A stretch of DNA of 52,817 nt. It comes from Halieaceae bacterium (GTDB lineage: Bacteria > Pseudomonadota > Gammaproteobacteria > Pseudomonadales > Halieaceae). The notes under the pieces were generated by a model. The model saw only the letters and a program-made list of their open reading frames with translations. It searched no databases and was not told the origin of the DNA. The translations under genes were made by a program, and so were the position numbers. Every line of letters starts with the position of its first letter. Position 1 is the first letter of the stretch. The DNA lies in contig JABIZW010000161.1 of assembly GCA_018666295.1 (NCBI GenBank), positions 1-52,817 of the forward strand. The letters run 5' to 3'. Below, one piece after another: positions 22,883 through 31,977 of the stretch.

Positions 22883-24301
22883 ATGCTACCCGTCATTGCG
22901 TTGGTTGGACGCCCTAATGTGGGCAAATCAACGCTCTTTAATCAACTCACGAAGTCTCGAGATGCACTTGTCGCGAATCTTTCAGGCTTAACCCGTGATC
23001 GTCAGTACGGTGAAGGCCGCTGTGATGAGCAGCGCTTCATTGTGATCGATACGGGAGGTATCACCGGCGAAGAGGCGGGCATAGACGCCGCGATGGCGGC
23101 GCAATCGCTGGCGGCCATTGACGAGGCTGACATCGTTTTATTAATGGTCGATGGTCGCGCAGGTCTGCAAGTGGGGGACCAAGCGCTGGTTCGTTTGCTG
23201 CGCAACCGCAGCAAGCCCTTTGAACTGGTGGTGAACAAAATTGACGGGGTGGGAGAGGACGTAGCAGCGGCGGACTTCCACGGTCTGGGCGTCAGTGGGT
23301 TGCATACGATTGCAGCGACACACAACCGTGGTGTGCGCGCAATGATTGCTGAGGTCATGGAACCTTTTGGCGAGACTCACAGCGAGAACGACGATCTAGG
23401 CGGTGGTATTCGTGTTGCGGTTGTCGGTCGTCCAAACGTGGGTAAGTCAACGCTGGTAAACAGGCTTTTAGGAGAAGATCGCGTTGTGGTCTTCGATGAG
23501 CCCGGTACCACTCGTGACAGTGTCTTCATTGAATATGAGCGGCACGGGCACACCTATACCTTGATCGATACTGCAGGCGTTAGACGTCGAAAGAACGTTA
23601 AAGAGACAGTCGAAAAGTTTTCGATTGTCAAAACGTTGAAAGCCATCGACCAGGCCAATGTCGTCATCTTACTGATGGACTCCCGGGAGGGCGTTGTCGA
23701 TCAGGATCTTCATTTGTTGGGACAGTGCATCGAAGCAGGCCGGGGCCTGGTTGTTGCACTTAACAAATGGGACGGCATGGAGGCTGATGAGCGTGAGCGT
23801 GTCAAAGTCGAGCTTCAGCGGCGCTTGATTTTTGTGGACTACGCGGACATTCATTTTATTTCCGCGCTTCACGGGACCGGTGTGGGGCATTTGTACGATT
23901 CTATTCATGGAGCCTACGAATCGGCCACTCGTAAACTGACAACGCCAAGGTTGACCAAATTACTTGAGGATGTGGTCGGGAGCCATCCACCGCCGATGGT
24001 CGGCGGTCGTCGCGTGAAGCTGCGATATGCGCACATGGGAGGACATAATCCGCCGAGAATCGTGATACACGGGAACTCTACTGACAACTTACCCCAAAGT
24101 TATGTGCGGTATTTGGAGAACGCATTTCGCCGTGAGCTTGATCTTACTGGAACGCCCATTCGGATTGAGTTGAGAACAGGGGAAAATCCTTACGCAGGAC
24201 GAAAGAATAAACTAAGTGAGCGTCAAGTTCAGCGTCGAAAACGACTCGTGTCTCACATCAAGAAAGCGGACAAGAAGAAGAAAAATAAAAAGACGCAGTA
24301 A
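22883..24301 (+). CDS. der: Ribosome biogenesis GTPase Der (EngA)
   Basis: Two '[10 protein letters not shown]' P-loops plus a KH-like C-terminus. Confidence 0.98.
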   Translation: MLPVIALVGRPNVGKSTLFNQLTKSRDALVANLSGLTRDRQYGEGRCDEQRFIVIDTGGITGEEAGIDAAMAAQSLAAIDEADIVLLMVDGRAGLQVGDQALVRLLRNRSKPFELVVNKIDGVGEDVAAADFHGLGVSGLHTIAATHNRGVRAMIAEVMEPFGETHSENDDLGGGIRVAVVGRPNVGKSTLVNRLLGEDRVVVFDEPGTTRDSVFIEYERHGHTYTLIDTAGVRRRKNVKETVEKFSIVKTLKAIDQANVVILLMDSREGVVDQDLHLLGQCIEAGRGLVVALNKWDGMEADERERVKVELQRRLIFVDYADIHFISALHGTGVGHLYDSIHGAYESATRKLTTPRLTKLLEDVVGSHPPPMVGGRRVKLRYAHMGGHNPPRIVIHGNSTDNLPQSYVRYLENAFRRELDLTGTPIRIELRTGENPYAGRKNKLSERQVQRRKRLVSHIKKADKKKKNKKTQ

Positions 24302-24438
24302 GTTTCAAATAAACTAAATCTCCGCACATTTATTTGTATAAATTATGAGCGAGATATAAGTCATTTATTTCACAAATACACAAAACTCCCACATAGTGTG
24401 CGCACTGAATCTGACATTACGTTGAGTAGGGGTGTGTT

Positions 24439-26025
24439 GTGAGCAATTACCTGGAGCAAGTTGATAATCTGGCGGGTCTGGCAACGGCCGCCAATGGTGT
24501 GAGTGCGGAGCAAGCAGTGCGCATGCGGCTGCAAAATCAGTTCAAGACGGGGCTCGATGTGGCGCGATATACCGCAGACATTATGCGACGCGATCTCGAC
24601 GCCTACGATGCGGATACGTCTCAGTACACGCAATCATTGGGCTGCTGGCATGGATTTATTGGCCAACAGAAAATGATTGCGATTAAAAAGCATTTCGGTG
24701 ATACCCGCCGTCGTTACCTCTACTTGTCCGGTTGGATGATTGCGGCGCTGCGGTCGGAATTTGGTCCATTACCTGATCAGTCGATGCACGAAAAAACATC
24801 AGTGCCATCGCTTATTGAAGAGCTTTATACGTTTCTGCGACAGGCTGATGCTCGTGAGCTTGGTGGTCTGTTTCGTCAACTCGATGCGGCGCGTAATGAG
24901 AATAACGACGTTCAAACGCGTTCGATTATTAATCAGATTGATAATTTCGAGACACATGTCGTCCCGATTATTGCAGATATCGATGCTGGATTTGGTAATG
25001 AGGAAGCGACTTACCTGCTCGCTAAGAAGATGATCGAGGCGGGCGCTTGCGCAATTCAAATTGAAAATCAGGTCTCTGATGAAAAACAGTGTGGGCACCA
25101 GGACGGAAAAGTCACGGTCCCCCACGCTGACTTTCTCGCAAAGATTCGCGCGGTTCGCTATGCGTTCATCGAACTTGGTGTTGAAAATGGCATTATCGTC
25201 GCGCGGACAGACTCTCTCGGAGCCGGTTTGACCAAACAAATTGCGGTCACCAATGAGCCCGGTGATCTGGGTGATTTATACAACAGCTTTATCGACGGTG
25301 ACGTGGTGCAAAGTGCTGACGATTTGGCCAACGGCGATGTTGTGATGAAAGCTAATGGCGAACTGATTCGTCCAAAGCGTCTTGCGTCTGGATTGTTTCG
25401 GTTCAAGCCCAACACGGGTGAGGATCGTGTCGTTCTTGACTGTATTACGTCACTTCAAAACGGCGCTGATCTATTATGGATTGAAACAGAAAAGCCCCAC
25501 GTCGGTCAGATTGCGCAAATGGTGAATCGAATTCGTGAGGAAGTGCCTACCGCTAAGCTGGTTTACAACAACAGCCCTTCGTTTAACTGGACATTAAATT
25601 TCCGCCAGCAGGTCTTTGATATTTGGGCAGAAGAAGGGCGCGATGTCTCCGCGTATACGCGTGATGAATTGATGGCAGCGCACTATGATGACACTGAGCT
25701 TGGGCTTGAGGCAGATCGTAAAATTCAGTCTTTCCAAGCTGACGCGGCGCGTGAAGCCGGTATTTTCCATCACTTGATTACGTTGCCGACGTACCACACG
25801 GCGGCATTGTCCACGGATAACCTGGCCAAAGAGTACTTTGGTGAAGCGGGCATGCTGGGCTATGTTGCCGGCGTTCAGCGAAAGGAGATTCGTCAGGGCA
25901 TCGCCTGTGTGCGGCATCAAAATATGGCGGGCTCGGATATGGGTGATGATCATAAGGAGTACTTTTCGGGTGATGCGGCGCTTAAGGCAGGTGGCGCGGA
26001 CAATACAATGAATCAATTCGGGTAA
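24439..26025 (+). CDS. aceA: Isocitrate lyase (Pseudomonas-type, ~530 aa)
   Basis: 'YLSGWM', 'DIDAGFG', catalytic 'EKQCGHQDGK', 'WIETEKP', 'YNNSPSFNW'. Confidence 0.95.
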   Translation: MSNYLEQVDNLAGLATAANGVSAEQAVRMRLQNQFKTGLDVARYTADIMRRDLDAYDADTSQYTQSLGCWHGFIGQQKMIAIKKHFGDTRRRYLYLSGWMIAALRSEFGPLPDQSMHEKTSVPSLIEELYTFLRQADARELGGLFRQLDAARNENNDVQTRSIINQIDNFETHVVPIIADIDAGFGNEEATYLLAKKMIEAGACAIQIENQVSDEKQCGHQDGKVTVPHADFLAKIRAVRYAFIELGVENGIIVARTDSLGAGLTKQIAVTNEPGDLGDLYNSFIDGDVVQSADDLANGDVVMKANGELIRPKRLASGLFRFKPNTGEDRVVLDCITSLQNGADLLWIETEKPHVGQIAQMVNRIREEVPTAKLVYNNSPSFNWTLNFRQQVFDIWAEEGRDVSAYTRDELMAAHYDDTELGLEADRKIQSFQADAAREAGIFHHLITLPTYHTAALSTDNLAKEYFGEAGMLGYVAGVQRKEIRQGIACVRHQNMAGSDMGDDHKEYFSGDAALKAGGADNTMNQFG

Positions 26026-26047
26026 GCATGCCGAATAAGTTGTTAGC

Positions 26048-26075
26048 GCCCGGTCATTTGGCCGGGCTTTTTTTT
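26048..26075 (+). terminator. Rho-independent terminator of aceA
   Basis: GCCCGGTC-ATTT-GGCCGGGC stem-loop (one G-U pair) followed by T8. Confidence 0.9.
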
Positions 26076-26119
26076 GACCGTGACTTGCCAAAGCGCGCAG
26101 ACCAAAGCAAAGTTCCAAA

Positions 26120-26674
26120 ATGAAATGGGAAAACATAGATCAACAGGTATGTTCAGTTGCCCGCGCACTGTCGATTGTGGGTGAGCGATGGACGCTGCTC
26201 ATTATTCGCGATGCGTTCAAGGGCACTCGGCGGTTTGAAGGGTTTCATAAAAACTTAGGTGTCACGCGGCACAGACTGACGGAGCGTCTAACGATGTTGG
26301 TCGACTCGGGGGTCTTGACGAAAGTGCCGTACCGGACGAATCCCGAGCGCTTTGAATATCGCCTGACGCGGATGGGGCTTGGTCTTTACCCCGTTTTAAT
26401 GAGCCTGAGTCATTGGGGCGATCAATGGCTGGCGGATGAAAATGGACCACCGATGACGTATTGGCACAGTCGATGCGCTAGCGGATGTGATCCTCAACTC
26501 GCCTGTAGCGGCTGTGGTGAGCCCCTACGCCCGGAAGAGGTATCCGCCAAGCTAGGCACTGAGTTGAGTGAATATGTGGCACACTTGGAACGTCAGGGTT
26601 TGTCCGTGCCCAGTGATGCCGAGTTGCCCAGGCAAGCCGGTGAATACCGTTTAGCCCAGAATAAAAAGGAATGA
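26120..26674 (+). CDS. HxlR-family winged-helix transcriptional regulator
   Basis: 'CSVARALSIVGERWTLLIIRDAF', 'EYRLTRMG', C-terminal H-x2-C...C-x2-C motif. Confidence 0.88.
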   Translation: MKWENIDQQVCSVARALSIVGERWTLLIIRDAFKGTRRFEGFHKNLGVTRHRLTERLTMLVDSGVLTKVPYRTNPERFEYRLTRMGLGLYPVLMSLSHWGDQWLADENGPPMTYWHSRCASGCDPQLACSGCGEPLRPEEVSAKLGTELSEYVAHLERQGLSVPSDAELPRQAGEYRLAQNKKE

Positions 26675-27465
26675 GGAATATGAATCAGCAAGCGAACAAT
26701 CTGATTATGAACGCTGACGAGAACATGGGTAATGTTGAGCGTGCCCCCCTTGATGAGCAGCTTTTCCGGAAGCAACGTTTAGCGGCTGCGCTGCGTATCT
26801 TTGGGCGTTTCGGATTTGATGAGGGTGTCGCGGGCCATATTACCGTCCGAGATCCACTGGATCCTGAGACATTTTGGGTCAACCCCATGGGGCGGTCATT
26901 TAAGATGATGCGCGTATCGGACCTCATTCGTGTCGATCACAGTGGGACGATTGTCGAAGGAAGCGGTATTTTAAATGGCGCCGCCTTTACCATTCACAGC
27001 CAGATTCACGCGGCGCGTCCCGACGTGACCGCGGCGGCGCATGCCCATTCTATTTACGGTAAAACCTGGTCGACACTTGGGCGGCTGCTCGATCCGTTGA
27101 CCCAAGACGCCTGTGCTTTTTATGACGATCACGCCTTGTTAGACGATTACACGGGTGTTGTTGTCGATATGGACGAGGGCGAGCGTCTTGCGAAGACCCT
27201 GGGAGAGGGTAAGGCCATTATTTTGAAAAATCACGGGCACCTCACTGTCGGTCAGTCCATTGAAGAAGCGACGTGGTGGTATGTGACGATGGAGCGTTCA
27301 TGCCAAGCACAGCTGATGGCCGAGGCGGTCGGTAATACGAAACCTATTCCTCATGAAATGGCGCTACACACACAAAAACAAGTGGGAAGTACGCTTGCCG
27401 GGTGGTTCAGTGGACAGCCACTTTTTGATGTTATTTTGAGTGAGCAACCCGAACTTCTAGACTGA
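26671..27465 (+). CDS. Class II aldolase/adducin family protein
   Basis: 'GVAGHITVRDP', 'IHSQIHAARPD', 'AHAHS', 'LKNHGHLTVG'; ATGA overlap with the HxlR gene. Confidence 0.9.
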   Translation: MRNMNQQANNLIMNADENMGNVERAPLDEQLFRKQRLAAALRIFGRFGFDEGVAGHITVRDPLDPETFWVNPMGRSFKMMRVSDLIRVDHSGTIVEGSGILNGAAFTIHSQIHAARPDVTAAAHAHSIYGKTWSTLGRLLDPLTQDACAFYDDHALLDDYTGVVVDMDEGERLAKTLGEGKAIILKNHGHLTVGQSIEEATWWYVTMERSCQAQLMAEAVGNTKPIPHEMALHTQKQVGSTLAGWFSGQPLFDVILSEQPELLD

Positions 27466-27499
27466 CAGTCGGTGGGTGTTTTGCTTGTCGGTTAGCGTA

Positions 27500-28096
27500 C
27501 TAGACTGATGCAGAAAAATGGCGTCGGTTGAACGCGCCCAACAACACCGCAACGTTGAGCGCTTGAACTGCTAATAAAGGGTAATGAATGGCTTGAACGA
27601 GCGTCGGTGGGTCATCGGTTCCGAGCGCGTGGCGCGCCCATTGGTAGAACGCGGCTGCAAAAGCAAGACCGAGTAGCGCTCCGACGGACTTTCCAATATC
27701 CACGATCTTGAGTTGATCCTTCGCGATGAGCAGGGTTTCAAATCGAACGAGGTAGCTCCCGAAAATCAGTGCGACCTGAAAACCCAGATAAATACCTGCG
27801 GCTAGTGCGAAGCCCGGCGGGTAGAGCAGAATAGCGATGACGCTAATGAGCGCGACGACCTCCACAGTGATCGAGATTCGAAAAAACCACTTGAGATTAA
27901 ATAGCCGCGAATAGGCCAGCGCAACCACTGATGTACCGATGCTGAATCCAATACCCCCTGCAGAGAAAATCTCAGGCGCCAGGGGCGTCATTAAACCAAC
28001 GTAGGCAGTACCCCAAACCCCTTGGAAAAATGCATTGATGGATTTATAAGCAATGAATCGATTGAGACGAATGGCCTTGTGGGTCGCCTCCGCCAT
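27500..28096 (-). CDS. Uncharacterised ~6-TM membrane protein, last gene of the btuB-cobO operon
   Basis: About six hydrophobic segments in 198 aa; its ATG directly abuts the cobO stop (TAG-ATG). Confidence 0.75.
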   Translation of the reverse strand: MAEATHKAIRLNRFIAYKSINAFFQGVWGTAYVGLMTPLAPEIFSAGGIGFSIGTSVVALAYSRLFNLKWFFRISITVEVVALISVIAILLYPPGFALAAGIYLGFQVALIFGSYLVRFETLLIAKDQLKIVDIGKSVGALLGLAFAAAFYQWARHALGTDDPPTLVQAIHYPLLAVQALNVAVLLGAFNRRHFSASV

Positions 28097-28696
28097 CTAG
28101 TAGTCAACGCCTTTTCGCGCTTTAACGCCCGCATTGAAGGCATGCTTTACATCTTTGACCTCTGAGACGGTGTCTGCCAGGTCTTGAAGTGCTGTGCCGC
28201 CACCGCGGCCGGTGATGACAACACTTTGATGCTGAGGCCGACCATCAACGGTGGCAATGACTTCGGATTCGCTGAGGTAACCAAAGGCGAGCATATACGT
28301 GAGTTCATCAAGGATAACGAGGTCGTAATTGGGATCCGACAGCATGCGAGCGGCCTCGTGCCAAGTTCGCTGCGCAGCGTCAATATCGGCTTGCCGATCT
28401 TGTGTGTCCCATGTAAACCCCGTACCCATTTGATAAAAATCAGACTGAGGCAGGTTTTCGCGCGCGAAGAGTTCTTCTCCTGATAACTGTTCGCCCTTGA
28501 TGAACTGCACAATACCGACTCTCTGGCCATAACCCATTGCGCGCATGACCATACCAAATGCAGAACTGGTTTTGCCTTTACCATTGCCCGTAAGCAACAC
28601 CACGAGGCTTTTTTCAGTGTCCGCTGCAGCGATAGAGGCGTCGACGTTTGTCTTCTGTTTCTCCATCGACGCTTTGTGTTTTGCGTCCTTGTTCAT
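28097..28696 (-). CDS. cobO: Cob(I)yrinic acid a,c-diamide adenosyltransferase (CobO/BtuR)
   Basis: 'TGNGKGKTSSAFG', 'QFIKG', 'GTGFTW', 'LDEL', 'VITGR', 'KHAFNAG'. Confidence 0.95.
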   Translation of the reverse strand: MNKDAKHKASMEKQKTNVDASIAAADTEKSLVVLLTGNGKGKTSSAFGMVMRAMGYGQRVGIVQFIKGEQLSGEELFARENLPQSDFYQMGTGFTWDTQDRQADIDAAQRTWHEAARMLSDPNYDLVILDELTYMLAFGYLSESEVIATVDGRPQHQSVVITGRGGGTALQDLADTVSEVKDVKHAFNAGVKARKGVDY

Positions 28697-28705
28697 CGAA
28701 GATCC

Positions 28706-30547
28706 TTAAAGCGTAAGATTTATACCCAGATACAGTGCCCGACGAGGGCTGCGATATCCAACAATGTCGGTGTACTTCTGGTTAGCCAGATTTTCCGCTC
28801 GAACCGAGAGTTTGACATTGTTTGTGATGTCGTAGGCGTAACTCGCATCGACGACCGCGTAGTCCTCGAGGTCGCCCCCAAACTCGTCTACGCGATCTGC
28901 GATCTGACGCGCTGTGAGCATCCAATTTGACCGATCGTCTGTGTAGCGGGCGCTCAGTTGAGAGGTCAGACCAGGACGATAGGGCAGTGGGGCGCCGGAA
29001 GCATCGTCAGCGTCGAGTTGGGACACAAAGCCGCTAACAGCGAGGCGATCCGAAAGCTGCCATGAGGCTGACGCCTCTATGCCGGTTGATTGGCTCTTAC
29101 CCTGAATCTGGACATAACCACTGTAGCCCACTAAGTCGAAAATAATTGCGTCTGTAATGTCCTGATCGAAGTAGGTGACCTCCCAGACCAACGCGCCACT
29201 GGTGTCACGTAAGCCCAGCTCCCAACCAGCGCTTTGCTCCTCAGACAGCGGTTGATCGGCTGCGGGAGTGTAGGCCCAGGGCCCACTGTTGTAGCCGATT
29301 TCATAGGGCGATGGCGCTCTGAAACCCGTGCCCGCCGCAATTTTAAGCACAACATTATCCAGTGGGGTTTGAGAAAGGGCCGTGACCCTCCAAGACGTGT
29401 GACGACCGAAATCGTCGTTATCGTCCGACCGGATGCCCGCGGACAGTGTGAGTCGCTCTGACTGGCGTCTTAGGTTTACAAAAGTCGCGTTATTGTCGCG
29501 CGTGCGTTGATCAGCACCGTCGTCGTATCCCTGTTCATCGAGATCAATCCCCACGGTGAGGCTCAAGTCGTTCGTCAGATTGCGATTGTGCAGGGCCGAG
29601 ATCTGACGATTTTTACCTTGAGTACTAAAACCTACGGTATTGTCTGTTGCATAGGCTCGTTCGCTATTGCTCTCGCTCCATCTGACTTGCGACGATTGGC
29701 CCTCGCCAGTGTGCTGAAGCAGCAGTGATTGGCTGTCATTTTGATAATCGTCTCGACAATTATTGCTGGTGGTAAAGCTCGCCGTGTAGCACAGATCGTA
29801 GTCCGTCTCAGCACGGACCTCACGGGCACTCAGGGTTGCGCTCCAATTTCTCCAGGTTGGCGTGGTATAGGTGAGCTGGTAACTCTCGTTGTCATAGCCA
29901 TCGTCGTCGTTAAGGGTGACGTCATCGAGTCGGGCATTGAACCCGTCGAGCGTCATCTGACTGATGGAAATCGAGCCCTCACCGAGGTCACTTGTACCCG
30001 AGCTCAAGACAATTGACTCGCTTTGAAAACCGTATCCTCCCAGCTCAGCACTCATTAAAACAGAGGGCTGACTCGACCCTCTTCGACTACTCAGAGCGAT
30101 TACCCCACCGGCGTCAGCACCCCACAAAAGCCCTTGAGTCCCGCGCAGTACCTCGATGCGGTCGAGCGAATTTGACACGATGTGTTCCATACGAGGACCA
30201 ATTTGAGGCGACGAGGGGTCGCTAATATCAACACCGTCGAGTAACACCTTTGTTCTAAAACCATCTTGACCGCGTATCCGCACACCGCTGACTGCACCGA
30301 TGCCGCCCGTTTGAGTGGCGGTAATGCCGACCTCTGATTCAAGCAGCTGTGGTAACGTTGCGGAGCCAAGCGCAGAGATCAGCGCTCGATCAAGCACGTT
30401 GACTGACACGGCTAACGCGTCACTTGCAGTGTTTATGCGGTCCGCGACAATAACCGTTTCTTCGATCGTGCTGGCAATTAGCGATTGGGGGAGGAAAGCT
30501 AGCAGCGCTGCAGCTGCAAGCGGACTGCGCGAGAAATTCAATGTCAT
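28706..30547 (-). CDS. btuB: TonB-dependent cobalamin receptor (BtuB-like)
   Basis: Signal peptide, TonB-box-like 'ETVIV', plug 'RIEVLRG', C-terminal beta-signal 'YLGINLTL'; downstream of a cobalamin riboswitch and upstream of cobO; SD AGGAG before ATG 30547. Confidence 0.85.
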   Translation of the reverse strand: MTLNFSRSPLAAAALLAFLPQSLIASTIEETVIVADRINTASDALAVSVNVLDRALISALGSATLPQLLESEVGITATQTGGIGAVSGVRIRGQDGFRTKVLLDGVDISDPSSPQIGPRMEHIVSNSLDRIEVLRGTQGLLWGADAGGVIALSSRRGSSQPSVLMSAELGGYGFQSESIVLSSGTSDLGEGSISISQMTLDGFNARLDDVTLNDDDGYDNESYQLTYTTPTWRNWSATLSAREVRAETDYDLCYTASFTTSNNCRDDYQNDSQSLLLQHTGEGQSSQVRWSESNSERAYATDNTVGFSTQGKNRQISALHNRNLTNDLSLTVGIDLDEQGYDDGADQRTRDNNATFVNLRRQSERLTLSAGIRSDDNDDFGRHTSWRVTALSQTPLDNVVLKIAAGTGFRAPSPYEIGYNSGPWAYTPAADQPLSEEQSAGWELGLRDTSGALVWEVTYFDQDITDAIIFDLVGYSGYVQIQGKSQSTGIEASASWQLSDRLAVSGFVSQLDADDASGAPLPYRPGLTSQLSARYTDDRSNWMLTARQIADRVDEFGGDLEDYAVVDASYAYDITNNVKLSVRAENLANQKYTDIVGYRSPRRALYLGINLTL

Positions 30548-30660
30548 AAAAGGCTCCTGTAACTCACATTCAGAAGCGGGAGACTGCAAAGAGGTGGCGT
30601 ACTCGAGTGGCATCGGGCACTGACCCTCTGCTGGTGCCCACCGCGCCATTGGGTTTTTTT

Positions 30661-30780
30661 AGGCAGGTATCGGGCTCGGACCACGCGTGACACGTTGTCT
30701 GTACCGTTGCGGGGGCAGCGCTGGCTCATCCAGACTTCCCTTTTAACCTACCCGAGCGTTTCACACCTGTAGGCACCTAA
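30661..30780 (-). ncRNA. Cobalamin riboswitch aptamer (short form)
   Basis: Minus strand reads AGGTG...GGTTAAAAGGGAAGTCTGG...CCAGCGCTGCCCCCGCAACGGT...GAGCCCGATACCTGCCT, the conserved core and B12-box elements; lies upstream of btuB. Confidence 0.9.
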
Positions 30781-30787
30781 GGGGCGG

Positions 30788-30816
30788 ACGGTACGCGCTT
30801 GTTGCCAGCGAGTCAA
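30788..30816 (-). promoter_or_regulatory. Putative sigma70 promoter of the riboswitch-btuB operon
   Basis: Minus strand TTGACT (30816-30811), 17-bp spacer, TACCGT (30793-30788); implied start near 30781 matches the aptamer 5' end. Confidence 0.65.
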
Positions 30817-30842
30817 CGCACTTTTTGTGCTAGGGTTCGCGC

Positions 30843-31394
30843 ATGAATGATGCCGAAAAAAAGGCCGCGCGCGTGGCGCAGTGGCGCCCGTTTGTTGCCG
30901 AATGTCTGGGACGTGAACCACGGGGATTTCGCGATGTCGCGGCCCTTAACGCTCGCGGCGAACCGTCGGTAATCGAAGTGTGCTCGGTGGTCGATGGTAA
31001 GCCGTTCCCGACCCTTTATTGGTTGATCGATGCCGCGCTATCGCTGGACATTGACCGCCTTGAAGCCGCCGGCTGGATAGCAAAATTACAGAGCGAAATC
31101 GCAGACAGCAGCGCGTTCCAACGTCGTATGAATAACGATCATCGAGCACATATTGCACTGCGAGACAGTCTTCTTTCTGATGACGATCGCCGAGTGTTGA
31201 CTGCGAACGGAATGGCCTCGGCGTTATCAGATCGAGGCATTGGCGGCATTAGCGAGCCCGATCGTGTGCGTTGTTTCCACACGTGGTACGCGGCCCATTT
31301 GGTCGTGCCCAATAGTGTTGGCGCTGTAATCGACCGGCTATTAAGTGGCGTCATTGAGGCGCCGTTAATTGAAACTACACCGGTCGATCTTTAA
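30843..31394 (+). CDS. DUF501 domain-containing protein
   Basis: 'LGREPRG', 'GKPFPTLYWL', 'RLEAAG', 'GIGG', 'RCFH' follow the DUF501 pattern (PFPTxxWL...GIGG...KCLH). Confidence 0.8.
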   Translation: MNDAEKKAARVAQWRPFVAECLGREPRGFRDVAALNARGEPSVIEVCSVVDGKPFPTLYWLIDAALSLDIDRLEAAGWIAKLQSEIADSSAFQRRMNNDHRAHIALRDSLLSDDDRRVLTANGMASALSDRGIGGISEPDRVRCFHTWYAAHLVVPNSVGAVIDRLLSGVIEAPLIETTPVDL

Positions 31395-31404
31395 GGTATT
31401 GATA

Positions 31405-31776
31405 TTACCCGAAGTGACAGAAGCAGAGCTTATTGCCCTCGGCATCCCTGACGTACGCCCCGTAAAATACGTCCGGAATACGTTGCCCTGGTGCGCCATC
31501 ACAGGTCGCTCCTAACGAAAGAGCCTTTTCATAAAGTGCGTCAACACCCTCCGGACTACCGCCGTGAAAGGCAACCATGACACCGTTTCCTGCGCTTGGT
31601 GCTTCCTCGTCATACGGCGTGCAAATCGCTAGCGCAGCCTCCGCAAGTGATGAGCCAAAAAATACAATGCGGTCCGTCCCCATGAGTTTTTTCCAGCCCA
31701 TTGACTCGGTGAGCGCTGTGTAAAATTCGACTGCCGCGTCAAGATTGGAGGCGCCAAGGGTTGTGTAAGCGAGCAT
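31405..31776 (-). CDS. VOC/glyoxalase family protein
   Basis: 'YTTLGASNLDAAVEFY', 'GNGVMVAF', 'DGAPGQR', 'YGAYVRDAEGNKL'. Confidence 0.9.
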   Translation of the reverse strand: MLAYTTLGASNLDAAVEFYTALTESMGWKKLMGTDRIVFFGSSLAEAALAICTPYDEEAPSAGNGVMVAFHGGSPEGVDALYEKALSLGATCDGAPGQRIPDVFYGAYVRDAEGNKLCFCHFG

Positions 31777-31953
31777 AGAAACATCCTTTTTATAAGTTCA
31801 AATCAGCGATGCACTGTACCTGCGCTGCGAGCGAATAACGACCGCAACTCAGTAATTGTTCAGCTTTTTGCCACCGGGGTCTTGTCAGACCGTGATGGCG
31901 GTTGCGGTGTCGACGGGAGAGTGACTGGACATGTTTTAATTTTATCACCCACG

Positions 31954-31977
31954 AGGCGGGTCTTTACCCGCTTTTCT
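31954..31977 (+). terminator. Orphan plus-strand terminator-like hairpin in an intergenic region
   Basis: GCGGGT-CTTT-ACCCGC followed by TTTTCT; both flanking genes are on the minus strand. Confidence 0.55.

Noticed and set aside
27500-28096. Calling the B12-operon membrane protein BtuM or BtuC
   Set aside because: Too short for BtuC and I could not see the BtuM motifs I remember; left unassigned pending a profile search
30614-30649. btuB start at 30649 as given in the ORF track
   Set aside because: No SD, lies inside the riboswitch expression platform, and would bury the signal peptide 34 residues deep
31835-31977. SRP RNA, 6S RNA or c-di-GMP riboswitch identity for the structured intergenic segment
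   Set aside because: No SRP domain IV motif (CAGG...GGAAG...AGCAG), no GEMM motifs, and not the usual 6S context
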